DNA from: Candidatus Omnitrophota bacterium
Lineage (GTDB): Bacteria > Omnitrophota > Omnitrophia > Omnitrophales > Aquincolibacteriaceae
DNA: 64,000 nucleotides
Assembly: GCA_016196555.1 (NCBI GenBank)
Contig: JACPXL010000070.1
Coordinates: forward strand, 17,918 to 81,917
Reading direction: 5' to 3'
In this document: positions 18,159 to 27,628 of the stretch, in pieces
How positions within the stretch are numbered: the stretch's first letter is position 1
How the letters are laid out: each line of letters opens with the position of its first letter
Notes under the pieces: generated by a model
The model's input: the letters and a program-made list of their open reading frames with translations, nothing else
What the model was told of the DNA's origin: nothing
Databases searched by the model: none
Made by a program: the position numbers and the translations under genes

Positions 18159-19199
18159 ATGGGCAAAATCGCTAAGAAGGAAAACGGGAAACCGAAGCTG
18201 ATCGAGTATCCTGACGACAAGTCCATCTCACTCAATATCGAAGGAGGCCAGGTCAAGCTGGTCGAGATCGGTTTGATGGATATGGAAGTCGGAACGATTT
18301 GTACAAAGGATATTTCGCTTTTCGATCAACTGGTCGAAGTTTTGGTAAAATGCAAAACCATTGGCGAGGCGAGAGTGCGCGCCAACATGGTCAAACTTCC
18401 TGATGCTGCCGCTGGAAGCGCGCCCGAGAAAGCCGTTGTCCAGGATGCCCGCAAAGTCAGAACTTCTTTTGCCCATTGGGAGGTTTTCGAAAAATTAGCC
18501 GCCGCTTTTTATCCCGAGCCTAAACCTGTCGAATGTCCCTTTTCCGATGCTCGAGTCGCCATTCAAGAAGCTTATGCAGCCTATGCCAATAAAGCCGCAG
18601 GTCCTCATTCCAAAGTTAAATTATTTATTGAAGGCGTGGATTGCCAGGATATTTTGCGGGACCCACAAGATAGATATTGGGTTTTTCGCGATATGTATTT
18701 GAAGCTCGCGGAATTTCCCAGTGCTACGCTCGATCTGAGAGAACTCAAAGATGAATTCGATGCGTATGCTATGGAAGTCAAATTAAATGCCGCAGGGAAT
18801 TTTTATCGTCCCGTTGATTATCTCGCAGATTTTAATCAAGCCGACGATCTTTTGAGATCGGCCGAAACATTCATGGAAATGGGGCAGATCGATGATGCTA
18901 TCAGTATGGCGGACCAAGCCACTGGTGTGGCGCTCAATTACATTCATGCATATTACCGCTTAGCGGAATATCAAATTACAAAAAGAGACTTTACGGCAGC
19001 GCTGGATGCCATCGAAAGAGTGGCGGCCATGCCGCTGGCCGATAAAATTTTGCCGACCCGTTTGGATTATTTTGTGGTATTTGCTAAACTGTGTGAAAAA
19101 ATTCAAACGGATCCCACTGCCCCTCAGCACATTCAAAAACTCAAATCCCTCATGGACAAATATCAGATTTCCACAGAGCAAGTCCCTCTTAGCTTTTAA
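18159..19199 (+). CDS. Hypothetical protein (346 aa), no domain recognised, helical/TPR-like C-terminal third
   Basis: Long uninterrupted ORF. Its stop lies 1 nt before the YopX-like start, which suggests translational coupling. No motif I can name. Confidence 0.6.
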   Translation: MGKIAKKENGKPKLIEYPDDKSISLNIEGGQVKLVEIGLMDMEVGTICTKDISLFDQLVEVLVKCKTIGEARVRANMVKLPDAAAGSAPEKAVVQDARKVRTSFAHWEVFEKLAAAFYPEPKPVECPFSDARVAIQEAYAAYANKAAGPHSKVKLFIEGVDCQDILRDPQDRYWVFRDMYLKLAEFPSATLDLRELKDEFDAYAMEVKLNAAGNFYRPVDYLADFNQADDLLRSAETFMEMGQIDDAISMADQATGVALNYIHAYYRLAEYQITKRDFTAALDAIERVAAMPLADKILPTRLDYFVVFAKLCEKIQTDPTAPQHIQKLKSLMDKYQISTEQVPLSF

Positions 19200-19200
19200 T

Positions 19201-19611
19201 ATGAGAGAAATCAAATTCAAGGTTTGGCACCGGAAAGAAAATAAGATGTATTACCGCGGCTATCAGAAGATTTCCCATGTGCTTCTTTGCCGGGATGATG
19301 AAGGAAAGGCCGAGGGAAAGGGGTTCCCCGTCCTGAGGGCGAGCTACGCGGATTGTGATTTGCTGGAATCGACCGGGGTTGAAGATAAAAACCACAAAGA
19401 AATTTTCGAAGGAGATATTTTACGCATCAAAATCGGAACCAAGACTTTTCAGGGAGTTTTGGAAGGGATTCCCGACATGTTCCGTTCACGGCGCTTGCAT
19501 CCACTGCATGAACTTCTCGAACAATTCGGGATTGCGGATGATGAGCAAAATTTAGAATTTGAAATACTTGGGAACCGCTACGAAAATTCCGAATTACTTC
19601 TCAACCACTGA
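19201..19611 (+). CDS. YopX-family (phage-associated) protein
   Basis: [18 protein letters not shown] at the N-terminus, [20 protein letters not shown] in the core, and a [13 protein letters not shown] tail. These match the pattern of phage/prophage YopX proteins. The track ORF start 19006 overlaps the upstream gene. Confidence 0.72.
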   Translation: MREIKFKVWHRKENKMYYRGYQKISHVLLCRDDEGKAEGKGFPVLRASYADCDLLESTGVEDKNHKEIFEGDILRIKIGTKTFQGVLEGIPDMFRSRRLHPLHELLEQFGIADDEQNLEFEILGNRYENSELLLNH

Positions 19612-20181
19612 AACTTTGATCATCTGAACCGGCTGAAGCGGTTTATCATTTGGATTTCGCGGCACCCGCGCAATGGCTTTGACCACATCCATTCCCGAAG
19701 TTACACGACCAAAAACAGAATGTTTGCCGTCTAGCCAGGGAGTGGCAGCGTCCGTGATAAAAAATTGGCTGCCATTGGTGTTCGGTCCGCTGTTGGCCAT
19801 AGAAAGAATTCCTTCTTGATCATGACGCAGCTTAGGAGAAAATTCATCGGCGAATTTATAGCCGGGTCCACCCATGCCGGTTCCCGTGGGATCGCCGGTT
19901 TGAATCATGAAATTAGGAATCACACGGTGAAAAATGATGCCGTCATAAAAACCTTTTTTAGCGAGCGTCACAAAATTTTCAACGGTTTTGGGGGCATCCT
20001 TAGAATAAAGCTCAGCATCAATATTGCCTAAATTGGTTTCGATACGGATTGAAGTCACTTGGGGCTCCTTACTTTCGGTTACAGAGACAAGGTTCACGGA
20101 TTCATGAGAAGTGCAGGATAGATTCTGGGCGAGAAAAAATAAAATCGCGAGCAATCCTATAGGAGAAAGCCTTTTTTCCAT
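19594..20181 (-). CDS. Secreted cyclophilin-type peptidyl-prolyl cis-trans isomerase
   Basis: Signal-peptide-like N-terminus starting at [22 protein letters not shown]. Cyclophilin motifs [31 protein letters not shown] and HSVFG. Its 3' end overlaps the YopX 3' end by 18 nt (convergent). Confidence 0.88.
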   Translation of the reverse strand: MEKRLSPIGLLAILFFLAQNLSCTSHESVNLVSVTESKEPQVTSIRIETNLGNIDAELYSKDAPKTVENFVTLAKKGFYDGIIFHRVIPNFMIQTGDPTGTGMGGPGYKFADEFSPKLRHDQEGILSMANSGPNTNGSQFFITDAATPWLDGKHSVFGRVTSGMDVVKAIARVPRNPNDKPLQPVQMIKVSVVEK

Positions 20182-20232
20182 GCGGAGTATTTTAACCGAA
20201 GGGTCTTCACCGACAAAGAGAAATCGTTTGCC

Positions 20233-20261
20233 TTGAAAACGCTGTTTTAAAAGAGTATGCT
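20233..20261 (+). promoter_or_regulatory. Putative sigma-70 promoter for the REC-GGDEF-EAL/orn unit
   Basis: TTGAAA (20233-20238), a 17-nt spacer, then TATGCT (20256-20261), 25 nt upstream of ATG 20286. Confidence 0.4.
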
Positions 20262-20285
20262 GATGCTTGTTAACACCAGACTCCC

Positions 20286-21986
20286 ATGACACACCGAGCC
20301 CTTCATGTGTTATTCATCAGTCATGATATGTCGCACGCTAATCTTCTTTCCAAAACTCTCGCAGCCCGGCAAAATCCTTCCTTTCAATTTCAATGGTCCA
20401 AAACGCTGGACCGCGCAACGCAGCATTTGTCCGCCGAAAAAGAGGACATTGTTTTGCTTGATCTGGAACTTCCTGGTTATCAGGGATTCGATGCTTATCT
20501 GCATCTTCGCCGTCAATATCCGACTCATCCTGTGGTTGTCCTGATTAATTCCGAACAAAAAATGTCTGGTACTGAAGCCGTGATGCAGGGTGCGCAGGAT
20601 TACTTGGTGAAGGGACAATATGATGATGAACTTGTCGGCCGCGTGCTCAATTATGCGGTGGAAAGAAAACGTTCTGAAGAACGGCTGAATCAATTGTCTT
20701 TTTATGATCCGCTAACTTATTTGCCCAATCGCATTCTTTTTATTGACCGCTTGCGCCAGGCCATGATGGCCGCGAATCGTTATCATCAGCATGTCGCTCT
20801 TTTATTTCTCGATATCGACCGCTTCCGCCGCATCAACGAAACTTTAGGCTACAGCGTGGGCGATGAACTTTTGAAAGCAGTGGCTGGGCGTCTCACCGGT
20901 AATTTATACGAAACCGATACCATCACGCGGATTGGAAGTGATGAGTTCGTGATTTTACTTCCCAATGTAGTGAAAATGACGCATGCCGTAAAAGTGGCCA
21001 ATAAAATCTTGGGGGCTTTCAGGCTGCCATTTTCAATTCAGGGAAGGGAACTCTTCATGACCTGCAGTATGGGAATCAGCTTTTTTCCCAATGACGGCGA
21101 TGATGTGGAAATCCTTTTGAAGAATGCCGATAAGGCCATGTCGCTGGCCAAGCTGCGTGGCCGTAATAACTTTCAGCTCTACTCTTCGACTATGAATGCT
21201 AAGACTTTGGAACGCTTGGAGTTAGAGAACCATTTGCGTTATGCCATTGAGAGAGGCGAGCTGGAGCTTTTCTATCAGCCTCAGATTGATTTAAAGACGG
21301 GCAAAATGGTGGGCATGGAAGCCTTGCTGCGCTGGTTTCATCCCAATCGGGGGCGGTTGTCTCCTTCGGAATTTCTGCCTTTAGCTGAAGAAACAGGATT
21401 GATTTTGCCGATTGGCGAGTGGGTTTTGGAAACAGCCTGCCGGCAAACCCGCGAATGGCTGGAACAAGGATTTCCCGAGCTTCGCGTGGCCGTCAATATT
21501 TCCGATCTTCAATTCCGGGAAGAAAATTTCGCTTGGAATGTCGACCGCATTTTGAAAAAAACGGGTTTACACCCTTCTTCGCTCGAGCTTGAGTTGACGG
21601 AAAATATTATGATGGATAAAGAAGGTTTTTCGGACGCTTCCTTGGATGCTCTCAAATCTACAGGCGTCAAATTGGCCATCGACGATTTTGGAACAGGTTA
21701 TTCTTCTCTCGGAACCCTCAAGCGCTTTCCTGTTCATACCGTGAAAATCGATCAGTCCTTTGTGAAAGAAATTACCACCAATCCGGATGATGCGGCAATT
21801 GCTAATGCCATTATTTCCATGGCGCACAGCCTCCGGCTTGAAGTGGTGGCTGAAGGAATCGAATTAGAATCCCAGGCCGATTTTTTTAAATCCCACCATT
21901 GCGACAAAGTTCAGGGTTATTTATTCAGCAAGCCTTTAGCCGTCGCCGAATTTTCCAGCCTGCTCGAGAAGCAATTAGCCCATTAA
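20286..21986 (+). CDS. Response-regulator receiver + degenerate GGDEF + intact EAL (probable c-di-GMP phosphodiesterase)
   Basis: REC with acceptor Asp in VLLDLELPG. The GGDEF A-site reads GSDEF and no RxxD I-site was seen. EAL motifs are all present: [40 protein letters not shown]. Confidence 0.88.
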   Translation: MTHRALHVLFISHDMSHANLLSKTLAARQNPSFQFQWSKTLDRATQHLSAEKEDIVLLDLELPGYQGFDAYLHLRRQYPTHPVVVLINSEQKMSGTEAVMQGAQDYLVKGQYDDELVGRVLNYAVERKRSEERLNQLSFYDPLTYLPNRILFIDRLRQAMMAANRYHQHVALLFLDIDRFRRINETLGYSVGDELLKAVAGRLTGNLYETDTITRIGSDEFVILLPNVVKMTHAVKVANKILGAFRLPFSIQGRELFMTCSMGISFFPNDGDDVEILLKNADKAMSLAKLRGRNNFQLYSSTMNAKTLERLELENHLRYAIERGELELFYQPQIDLKTGKMVGMEALLRWFHPNRGRLSPSEFLPLAEETGLILPIGEWVLETACRQTREWLEQGFPELRVAVNISDLQFREENFAWNVDRILKKTGLHPSSLELELTENIMMDKEGFSDASLDALKSTGVKLAIDDFGTGYSSLGTLKRFPVHTVKIDQSFVKEITTNPDDAAIANAIISMAHSLRLEVVAEGIELESQADFFKSHHCDKVQGYLFSKPLAVAEFSSLLEKQLAH

Positions 21987-21993
21987 AATTGTC

Positions 21994-22557
21994 ATGACGC
22001 CTCCGCTCAAAAATAAAAATAATATGGTATGGATTGATCTCGAGATGTCAGGGCTTGATCCCGAGAAGGAAAGTATTATTGAAATCGCAACTCTCATCAC
22101 GAATGGCGAACTGGATATTATCGCCGAGGGTCCTAATCTCGTGATTCATCAGCCGCCGCGACTTCTCAAGGCCATGGATGCTTGGAATCAGAAACAGCAC
22201 GCCAAATCAGGGCTGATTGAACTTGTAAAAAATTCCAAGATTACGCTTAAGAAGGCGGAGAAACTCACTCTCGATTTTATCAAACAATATTGTTTCCCTA
22301 AAAAAGCGTCACTTTGCGGAAACGCGGTTTATCATGACCGCCGTTTCATTATCAAATATATGCCTAAATTGGACGCCTTCCTGCATTACCGGATGGTGGA
22401 TGTGACGACGCTTAAGATTTTAGTGGAGCAGTGGTATCCGAAGAACAAAGAAATTCCCAAGAAAAAAGATTCTCATCGGGCCTTGGATGATATTCGGGAG
22501 TCGATCGAGGAGCTTCGTTTTTACCGCGAAAATTATTTTAAAGTGCTGGCTAAATAA
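21994..22557 (+). CDS. orn: Oligoribonuclease
   Basis: DEDDh exonuclease motifs WIDLEMSGLDP, GNAVYHDRRFI and HRALDDI. 187 aa. Starts 7 nt after the EAL gene. Confidence 0.9.
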   Translation: MTPPLKNKNNMVWIDLEMSGLDPEKESIIEIATLITNGELDIIAEGPNLVIHQPPRLLKAMDAWNQKQHAKSGLIELVKNSKITLKKAEKLTLDFIKQYCFPKKASLCGNAVYHDRRFIIKYMPKLDAFLHYRMVDVTTLKILVEQWYPKNKEIPKKKDSHRALDDIRESIEELRFYRENYFKVLAK

Positions 22558-22558
22558 A

Positions 22559-22990
22559 TCATTCTTCCCGCAAGAGCTTTGCTAAGTATTTCAGAATATT
22601 CGTTTCAGTCACAATCCCCACGATTTTTTTATTCACGTCGACAATCGGGATGCATCCATAACGCCCTGCGGCCATGAGATTAACGGCTTCAGCCACCATG
22701 TTGTCGGGCGTGAGAGTGGCGGGATTGGAAGTCATAATCCTTTTTAGAATAAAAGCGTCCAATGCAGCGGCGTCATAAACACTATCGCCATCTTCATTGC
22801 GATGGGGCGATAGGGTGCGATACAAATCCCGCTGAGTGATGAGGCCCACGACCACATGATTGTCATCAACCACCGGCAAATGACGAATGCCTTTGACGCG
22901 AAGTTTTTCTTCGACATGGCTGAACGGTTCGTCGATCTGAACCGTGATGGCTGGTGATGTCATAATTTCCCGAATAGGGGTTTTTTTCAT
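22559..22990 (-). CDS. CBS domain-pair protein
   Basis: 143 aa with two CBS repeats (IMTSPAITV...GIRHLPVVD and IMTSNPATL...GCIPIVD). Confidence 0.85.
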   Translation of the reverse strand: MKKTPIREIMTSPAITVQIDEPFSHVEEKLRVKGIRHLPVVDDNHVVVGLITQRDLYRTLSPHRNEDGDSVYDAAALDAFILKRIMTSNPATLTPDNMVAEAVNLMAAGRYGCIPIVDVNKKIVGIVTETNILKYLAKLLREE

Positions 22991-23033
22991 CGCTTTCCGT
23001 CCTTCGAAATTTTGCTTACAATACCTTCCTTAT

Positions 23034-24305
23034 ATGAAGGATAACACGTCAATGTCATTCTGGGATGACAAAATATACGAAGTAGCCATTATCGGTGCAG
23101 GCGCCGCAGGATTGATGGCTGCGATTCAGTGCAGCCATTTGGGCTTAAAGGTGCTTCTTCTCGATGGGAAAGAGAAAATCGGGGCAAAGATTTTAATGTC
23201 CGGAGGAACGCGCTGCAATGTCACAAACCGCATTGTGCTGGAAAAGGATTTTGAAACCGAGAATCGCCGCGTTCTTCGAAATGTTCTCAGCGGTTTTCCC
23301 GCCCCTAAAGCCGTCAAATTTTTTGAGGAACTTGGAATCAAACTTGTTCTAGAAGAAGGAGGGAAATATTTCCCCTCCACTCATTCAGGGCGGACGGTGC
23401 TGGAAGCTCTTTTACGCGAAGTTAAACGATCCGGGGTTCAGCTTGATGTCCCGCGAAAGGTAAAATCGGTTCAGTTTAGAAGCAGGCTCTTTTCTATTTC
23501 GGGTGAGGAATTCAGTTATCATTCGAAAACTGTGATTCTTGCGACCGGCGGATTGTCCTATCCCGGCACCGGAAGCGATGGCGTGGGCTATAGCATTGCC
23601 AAGTCTTTCGGCCATCATTTGATTGAAACAACCCCATCTCTAACGCCTTTTGAAAGCGACGATTCAGATTGGAAAATTCTGAGCGGTTTTTCTTTAGCAG
23701 TACGGCTTAAACTTTTGACCCAGGGTAAAAAAGAAATCGCCTGCAAAGACGATTTTTTATTTACTCATTTCGGATTTAGCGGGCCTGCGTCCTTGAATAT
23801 GAGCCGCCATTGGTTACGCGCGCCTAAAAATCACGAAGTAAAGTTAACCGCTAATTTTCTGCCGGCGGAAGGGGAGTCAGAGTTCCGGGAAAAATTGATC
23901 AAAGAAAGAGAGAGAGAACCGAACCGCACGCTGAAACGCTTCTTGTCAGAAAAATTACCCTCGCGTTTTATCGAGGTTTTGTTGAAAAAAATCGAAATTC
24001 CGGAATCCCGTGTTTTAAATCAATTAAAGCGGGATGAGAGGCAAAAGCTGCTGGCCGCTCTTTTTCATTTCCCGTTGAAGGTAACGGGCGTGGTGGGTTA
24101 TCAAAAAGCCGAAGCGACAGCCGGAGGAATTGATTTGAAGGAGCTTGATTCTTCCACCCTTGAATCCAAATTGCAGAGCGGACTTTTTTTAGCTGGAGAA
24201 ATGCTGGATGTTGACGGCCGTATCGGCGGCTTTAATTTTCAGTGGGCCTGGTCAAGCGCCGTGACGGCCGCGCGCGGTGTTGCCAAAAAATTACAAACGG
24301 ATTAA
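23034..24305 (+). CDS. HI0933/YhiN-family NAD(FAD)-utilising flavoprotein
   Basis: Dinucleotide-binding site VAIIGAGAAGLMAA, SGGTRCNVTN, and the C-terminal GLFLAGEMLDVDGRIGGFNFQWAWSS. The start may be ATG 23034 or 23052. The track start 22944 overlaps the divergent CBS gene. Confidence 0.8.
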   Translation: MKDNTSMSFWDDKIYEVAIIGAGAAGLMAAIQCSHLGLKVLLLDGKEKIGAKILMSGGTRCNVTNRIVLEKDFETENRRVLRNVLSGFPAPKAVKFFEELGIKLVLEEGGKYFPSTHSGRTVLEALLREVKRSGVQLDVPRKVKSVQFRSRLFSISGEEFSYHSKTVILATGGLSYPGTGSDGVGYSIAKSFGHHLIETTPSLTPFESDDSDWKILSGFSLAVRLKLLTQGKKEIACKDDFLFTHFGFSGPASLNMSRHWLRAPKNHEVKLTANFLPAEGESEFREKLIKEREREPNRTLKRFLSEKLPSRFIEVLLKKIEIPESRVLNQLKRDERQKLLAALFHFPLKVTGVVGYQKAEATAGGIDLKELDSSTLESKLQSGLFLAGEMLDVDGRIGGFNFQWAWSSAVTAARGVAKKLQTD

Positions 24306-24814
24306 TCGATGCCGATCACTCCGCAGGCGATTCTTCCGCCGGCGTTTCCTGTCGGCTGGCCGAAATTATCTTCCTTTTCGTGCAGAATAACGGATTTGCC
24401 CGCTACCGCATATTTACCGCTGCTTAAACTAATCCCAGGGATGGTTACGTCGAGCGTTCCTAGACCATCAGGCCCGATTTGAATATTTCCCAAATCACCC
24501 GCATGCGATTTGGTCAGACCGTCCTGCATAAGATTGCCGTGAGAAAGACCATCCGGATTGAAATGGCCGCCCGCTGCTTGACCGCCTTCTGCACAGGAAC
24601 CATTTTCATGAATATGAATTCCGTGGGCGCCTGGGGGGGCATTTGCAATGGAGATGGCGATTTTCAGCCCTTGTGGAACTTCTTCAAAAGTAGCTTTTCC
24701 TGTAATGACCGCGTCTTTGGAAGTGCTTTCAATCAGGGCTGTTCCTGCCGCCGCTTTAGCGGAAGGGATAAGAGGGAAAATGAAGATTAAAAGAATGAAC
24801 ATCAAGGTTTTCAT
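24302..24814 (-). CDS. sodC: Periplasmic Cu/Zn superoxide dismutase
   Basis: Signal peptide, then HGIHIHENGSC, GGHFNP, HAGDLGN and GGRIACGVI. Confidence 0.92.
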   Translation of the reverse strand: MKTLMFILLIFIFPLIPSAKAAAGTALIESTSKDAVITGKATFEEVPQGLKIAISIANAPPGAHGIHIHENGSCAEGGQAAGGHFNPDGLSHGNLMQDGLTKSHAGDLGNIQIGPDGLGTLDVTIPGISLSSGKYAVAGKSVILHEKEDNFGQPTGNAGGRIACGVIGID

Positions 24815-24923
24815 ATTGAATTCTCCTTAGAAGGTTAAAAAAACACGCTAAATGGCGACCCTTTATAGCTTATCAAATTTAACCGTGAAAAAAAGAAATT
24901 TTTCCCGGAACTGGCATTTGCAG

Positions 24924-24954
24924 TATAATGCGCGCTTTCCCTGGAGGGGTTGTG
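24924..24954 (+). promoter_or_regulatory. Putative -10 box, SD and GTG start of typA
   Basis: TATAAT at 24924-24929 overlaps the track ATG at 24928. GGAGG at 24943-24947 lies 4 nt before GTG 24952. Confidence 0.4.
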
Positions 24955-26778
24955 GTTCATCAAAAGAGAAGAACGGATATTCGCAATATTGCCATCATCG
25001 CCCATGTCGATCATGGGAAAACCACGCTTGTTGATGCCCTTTTAAAACAAACCGACTCCTACGACTTCAAAGAGGGCGAAGAAACCGTCATGGATTCCAA
25101 CGCCCTGGAAAAAGAGCGCGGCATCACGATTTTTTCCAAAAACGCTTCCCTCCGCTATAAAGACATTCAAATCAATATTGTGGATACTCCGGGCCATGCG
25201 GATTTCGGCTCTGAGGTGGAACGCATTCTTAAAATGGTGGACGGCGTGCTTTTGCTGGTGGATGCCTTTGAAGGCCCTATGCCGCAAACCAAATTTGTGC
25301 TCAAAAAATCTCTCGAACTTCATTTAAAACCGATTCTCGTGGTCAACAAAATTGACCGTCCCAATGCCCGAATGCATGAAGTCGTCAATATGACTTTTGA
25401 TCTTTTCTGCGAATTGAACGCCTCGGATGAACAGCTCGATTTCCCGATCGTGTTTGCCTCCGGCCGCGAAGGAATCGCAACGCTTAATCTGGATGACGAA
25501 GGAAAAGATTTAAAACCGCTGTTGGAAACCATTGTTCATCGCGTTCTTCCTCCGATTGCCGATCCGGACCTTCCATTTCAAATGCTTGTGACGATGCTAG
25601 ATTATGATTCCTATGTAGGCCGCATCGCCATCGGGCGTATTTTTTGCGGACTTGTCAAAGTTGGGGAAACGATTTCTCTGGTCAAGCGTGACGGCGCGAT
25701 TGAAAAGGGAAAAGTTACAAAAATTTTCAAATATGTAGGAATGAAAAGAGTCAGCGCCGAACAGGCCCAGGCCGGCGATATTATTTGCATCACAGGGATT
25801 GAGAATGTGAAAGTAGGTGAAACGCTGGCTTCGAATGAAAATCCTCAGGCACTGCCGTTGCTTAAAATTGACGAGCCCACCATTTCCATGAATTTTTCCC
25901 ATAATTCCAGCCCGCTTTCAGGAAAAGACGGGGGCCGTTTTTTGACTTCCCGGCACATTCGTGAGCGCCTGGAACACGAAGCGATGATGAATGTGGGGAT
26001 TAAAGTGGAAGAAGTGGAAAATGGCGAACGTTTTAAAGTGTCGGGCCGGGGGGAGCTTCACCTGGCGATTTTGATCGAAACCATGCGCCGCGAAGGCTAT
26101 GAAATGGAAGTTTCAAGGCCGCGCGTTATTCTCAAAGAAATCGAAGGGGAAACGCTTGAGCCGGTTGAGCAGCTGGTCGTGGAAGTCAGCCCGGAGTATC
26201 AAGGGGCGACAATTCAAGAGCTTGGAAGCCGCAAGGCCGATATGAAAAATATGCAGACCACTTCGGTAGGAAGTATTCGCATGGAATTTTTAATCCCATC
26301 CCGTGCCTTAATGGGGTTTCGAAATCTTTTTATGAATATGACCCGTGGTACCGGCGTGATGTATCATAATTTTTTCGAATATCAGCGATTTAAAGGCGAA
26401 CTCCCCAGCCGGAACGAAGGAGTCCTTATTTCTCAGAATCTTGGAACTGCCGTGGCTTATGCTTTGTGGGGACTGCAGGAACGCGGCGAAATTTTTGTCC
26501 ATCCCGGCGAAGATCTCTATGAGGGAATGATTATTGGAGTGAATAATAAAGGCCATGATCTTGTCGTGAATGCCATCAAGGAGAAAAAACTTACCAATAT
26601 GCGAGCTTCCGGCTCCGACGAAGCCATTCAACTCATTCCTCCGCGCGAAATGACGCTCGAATTTGCCTTGGAATTTATCGAAGATGATGAACTCGTCGAA
26701 ATCACGCCTAAAAACATCCGCCTGCGTAAAGCGTATTTGACTGACAACGAGCGCAAACAATCTCGCCGCGACCGTTAG
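24952..26778 (+). CDS. typA: Translational GTPase TypA/BipA
   Basis: [25 protein letters not shown] and NKIDR. EF-G-like domain order. The GTG start is preferred because of the SD (see the promoter feature). Confidence 0.93.
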   Translation: MVHQKRRTDIRNIAIIAHVDHGKTTLVDALLKQTDSYDFKEGEETVMDSNALEKERGITIFSKNASLRYKDIQINIVDTPGHADFGSEVERILKMVDGVLLLVDAFEGPMPQTKFVLKKSLELHLKPILVVNKIDRPNARMHEVVNMTFDLFCELNASDEQLDFPIVFASGREGIATLNLDDEGKDLKPLLETIVHRVLPPIADPDLPFQMLVTMLDYDSYVGRIAIGRIFCGLVKVGETISLVKRDGAIEKGKVTKIFKYVGMKRVSAEQAQAGDIICITGIENVKVGETLASNENPQALPLLKIDEPTISMNFSHNSSPLSGKDGGRFLTSRHIRERLEHEAMMNVGIKVEEVENGERFKVSGRGELHLAILIETMRREGYEMEVSRPRVILKEIEGETLEPVEQLVVEVSPEYQGATIQELGSRKADMKNMQTTSVGSIRMEFLIPSRALMGFRNLFMNMTRGTGVMYHNFFEYQRFKGELPSRNEGVLISQNLGTAVAYALWGLQERGEIFVHPGEDLYEGMIIGVNNKGHDLVVNAIKEKKLTNMRASGSDEAIQLIPPREMTLEFALEFIEDDELVEITPKNIRLRKAYLTDNERKQSRRDR

Positions 26779-26927
26779 ACGCCGCACTTTCCTTTCAAAA
26801 CCATCTTTCATATCGGGGCTTGCTAAATTTTTTTTTGCCGGTTGGTTTTCACTCTGCCAATGGCTCAAGCCTCAGGATAGACATTTCTTCTCTCCTAAAA
26901 GAAGTTCTTCCTCCACGCCCCGGGACC

Positions 26928-26956
26928 TTGACGGAATCTCTTAGGACAGAGAGAAT
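26928..26956 (+). promoter_or_regulatory. Putative sigma-70 promoter for the RR/7TM-PAS pair
   Basis: TTGACG (26928-26933), a 17-nt spacer, then GAGAAT (26951-26956). SD AAGGAGG precedes ATG 26992. Confidence 0.3.
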
Positions 26957-26991
26957 TTTAATATCGTGTGTTTTAAGGAGGTATAGAAGGA

Positions 26992-27540
26992 ATGGCTCAC
27001 ATTCTCGTCGTTGATGATTCTCCGGAGATGGTCGAAACGGAAAAACAGCTTCTGCAGGACATGGGGGATGATTTCTGCGTTTCGATGGCGCGTAATTATG
27101 AGGATGCTCTCGAGCTTTTAGAAACCAGTCCCTTTGATCTGGTCATTCTTGACTTGATGCTTCCCAATCGAAGTGGTGTGGAAATCCTGGATCATATCAA
27201 ACAAAAATTTAAAACGCCCGTCATGATTTATTCCGCCTATTTGGAATATATGCCGCACCATGTACTTTTGAAAAAGGGCGCGGATCAAATATTGGCTAAA
27301 CCTGCGCCGCTTCAGGTTTTTATGAACGCCATTAAAAATCTTATCGAGCCTCGCCAGGAGAGAACCTTCCTGACTTTAGAAGGCTTCAATCTGCGGAAAA
27401 TCAAAAATCAGGTATTCAAAGATATGATTCAAAAGACCCTTAAGCTGACCAATCAGGATTTAGAGAAAACCTCGGCTATGCTGGGAATTAGCGAATCCTG
27501 CCTTAAAGGTCTCATTAAACGGCTTCATATCGCCCACTAG
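26992..27540 (+). CDS. Response regulator, REC + Fis-type HTH (RegA/PrrA/ActR-like layout, no AAA+ domain)
   Basis: VVDDSPE, acceptor Asp in LVILDLMLPNRSG, and KP. C-terminal HTH_8-like segment NQDLEKTSAMLGISESCLKGLIKRL. 182 aa. Confidence 0.8.
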   Translation: MAHILVVDDSPEMVETEKQLLQDMGDDFCVSMARNYEDALELLETSPFDLVILDLMLPNRSGVEILDHIKQKFKTPVMIYSAYLEYMPHHVLLKKGADQILAKPAPLQVFMNAIKNLIEPRQERTFLTLEGFNLRKIKNQVFKDMIQKTLKLTNQDLEKTSAMLGISESCLKGLIKRLHIAH

Positions 27541-27628
27541 GGGCATTTGTATCCTTTCCGCTTTACCAGGTATACTTCCATCGAGTGTTTTGAGAAGGGA
27601 ATTAGTGTGTCTTTTTTAAGGAGAGCTT

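Noticed and set aside
18159-19611. Calling this region a prophage or integrative element
   Set aside because: There is only one phage-family gene (YopX). I found no integrase, no flanking direct repeats, no tRNA target and no clear compositional break by eye.
24911-24923. Sigma-54-like string cTGGCAtTTGCAg upstream of typA
   Set aside because: The GG and GC elements are only 7 nt apart instead of the canonical 11, so this is not a -24/-12 promoter.
24928-24951. ATG 24928 as the typA start
   Set aside because: It lies inside the TATAAT box and has no SD. GTG 24952 is preceded by GGAGG and gives the usual short BipA N-terminus. The choice remains unverified.
26308-26868. Long antisense ORFs opposite well-supported genes (for example 26308-26868, 3862-4398, 6043-6522, 10733-11230, 13359-13865, 16145-16579, 44671-45165, 55320-55733)
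   Set aside because: All are embedded antisense to genes with unmistakable conserved motifs. Their translations are low-complexity or basic with no recognisable motifs. They are typical shadow ORFs.
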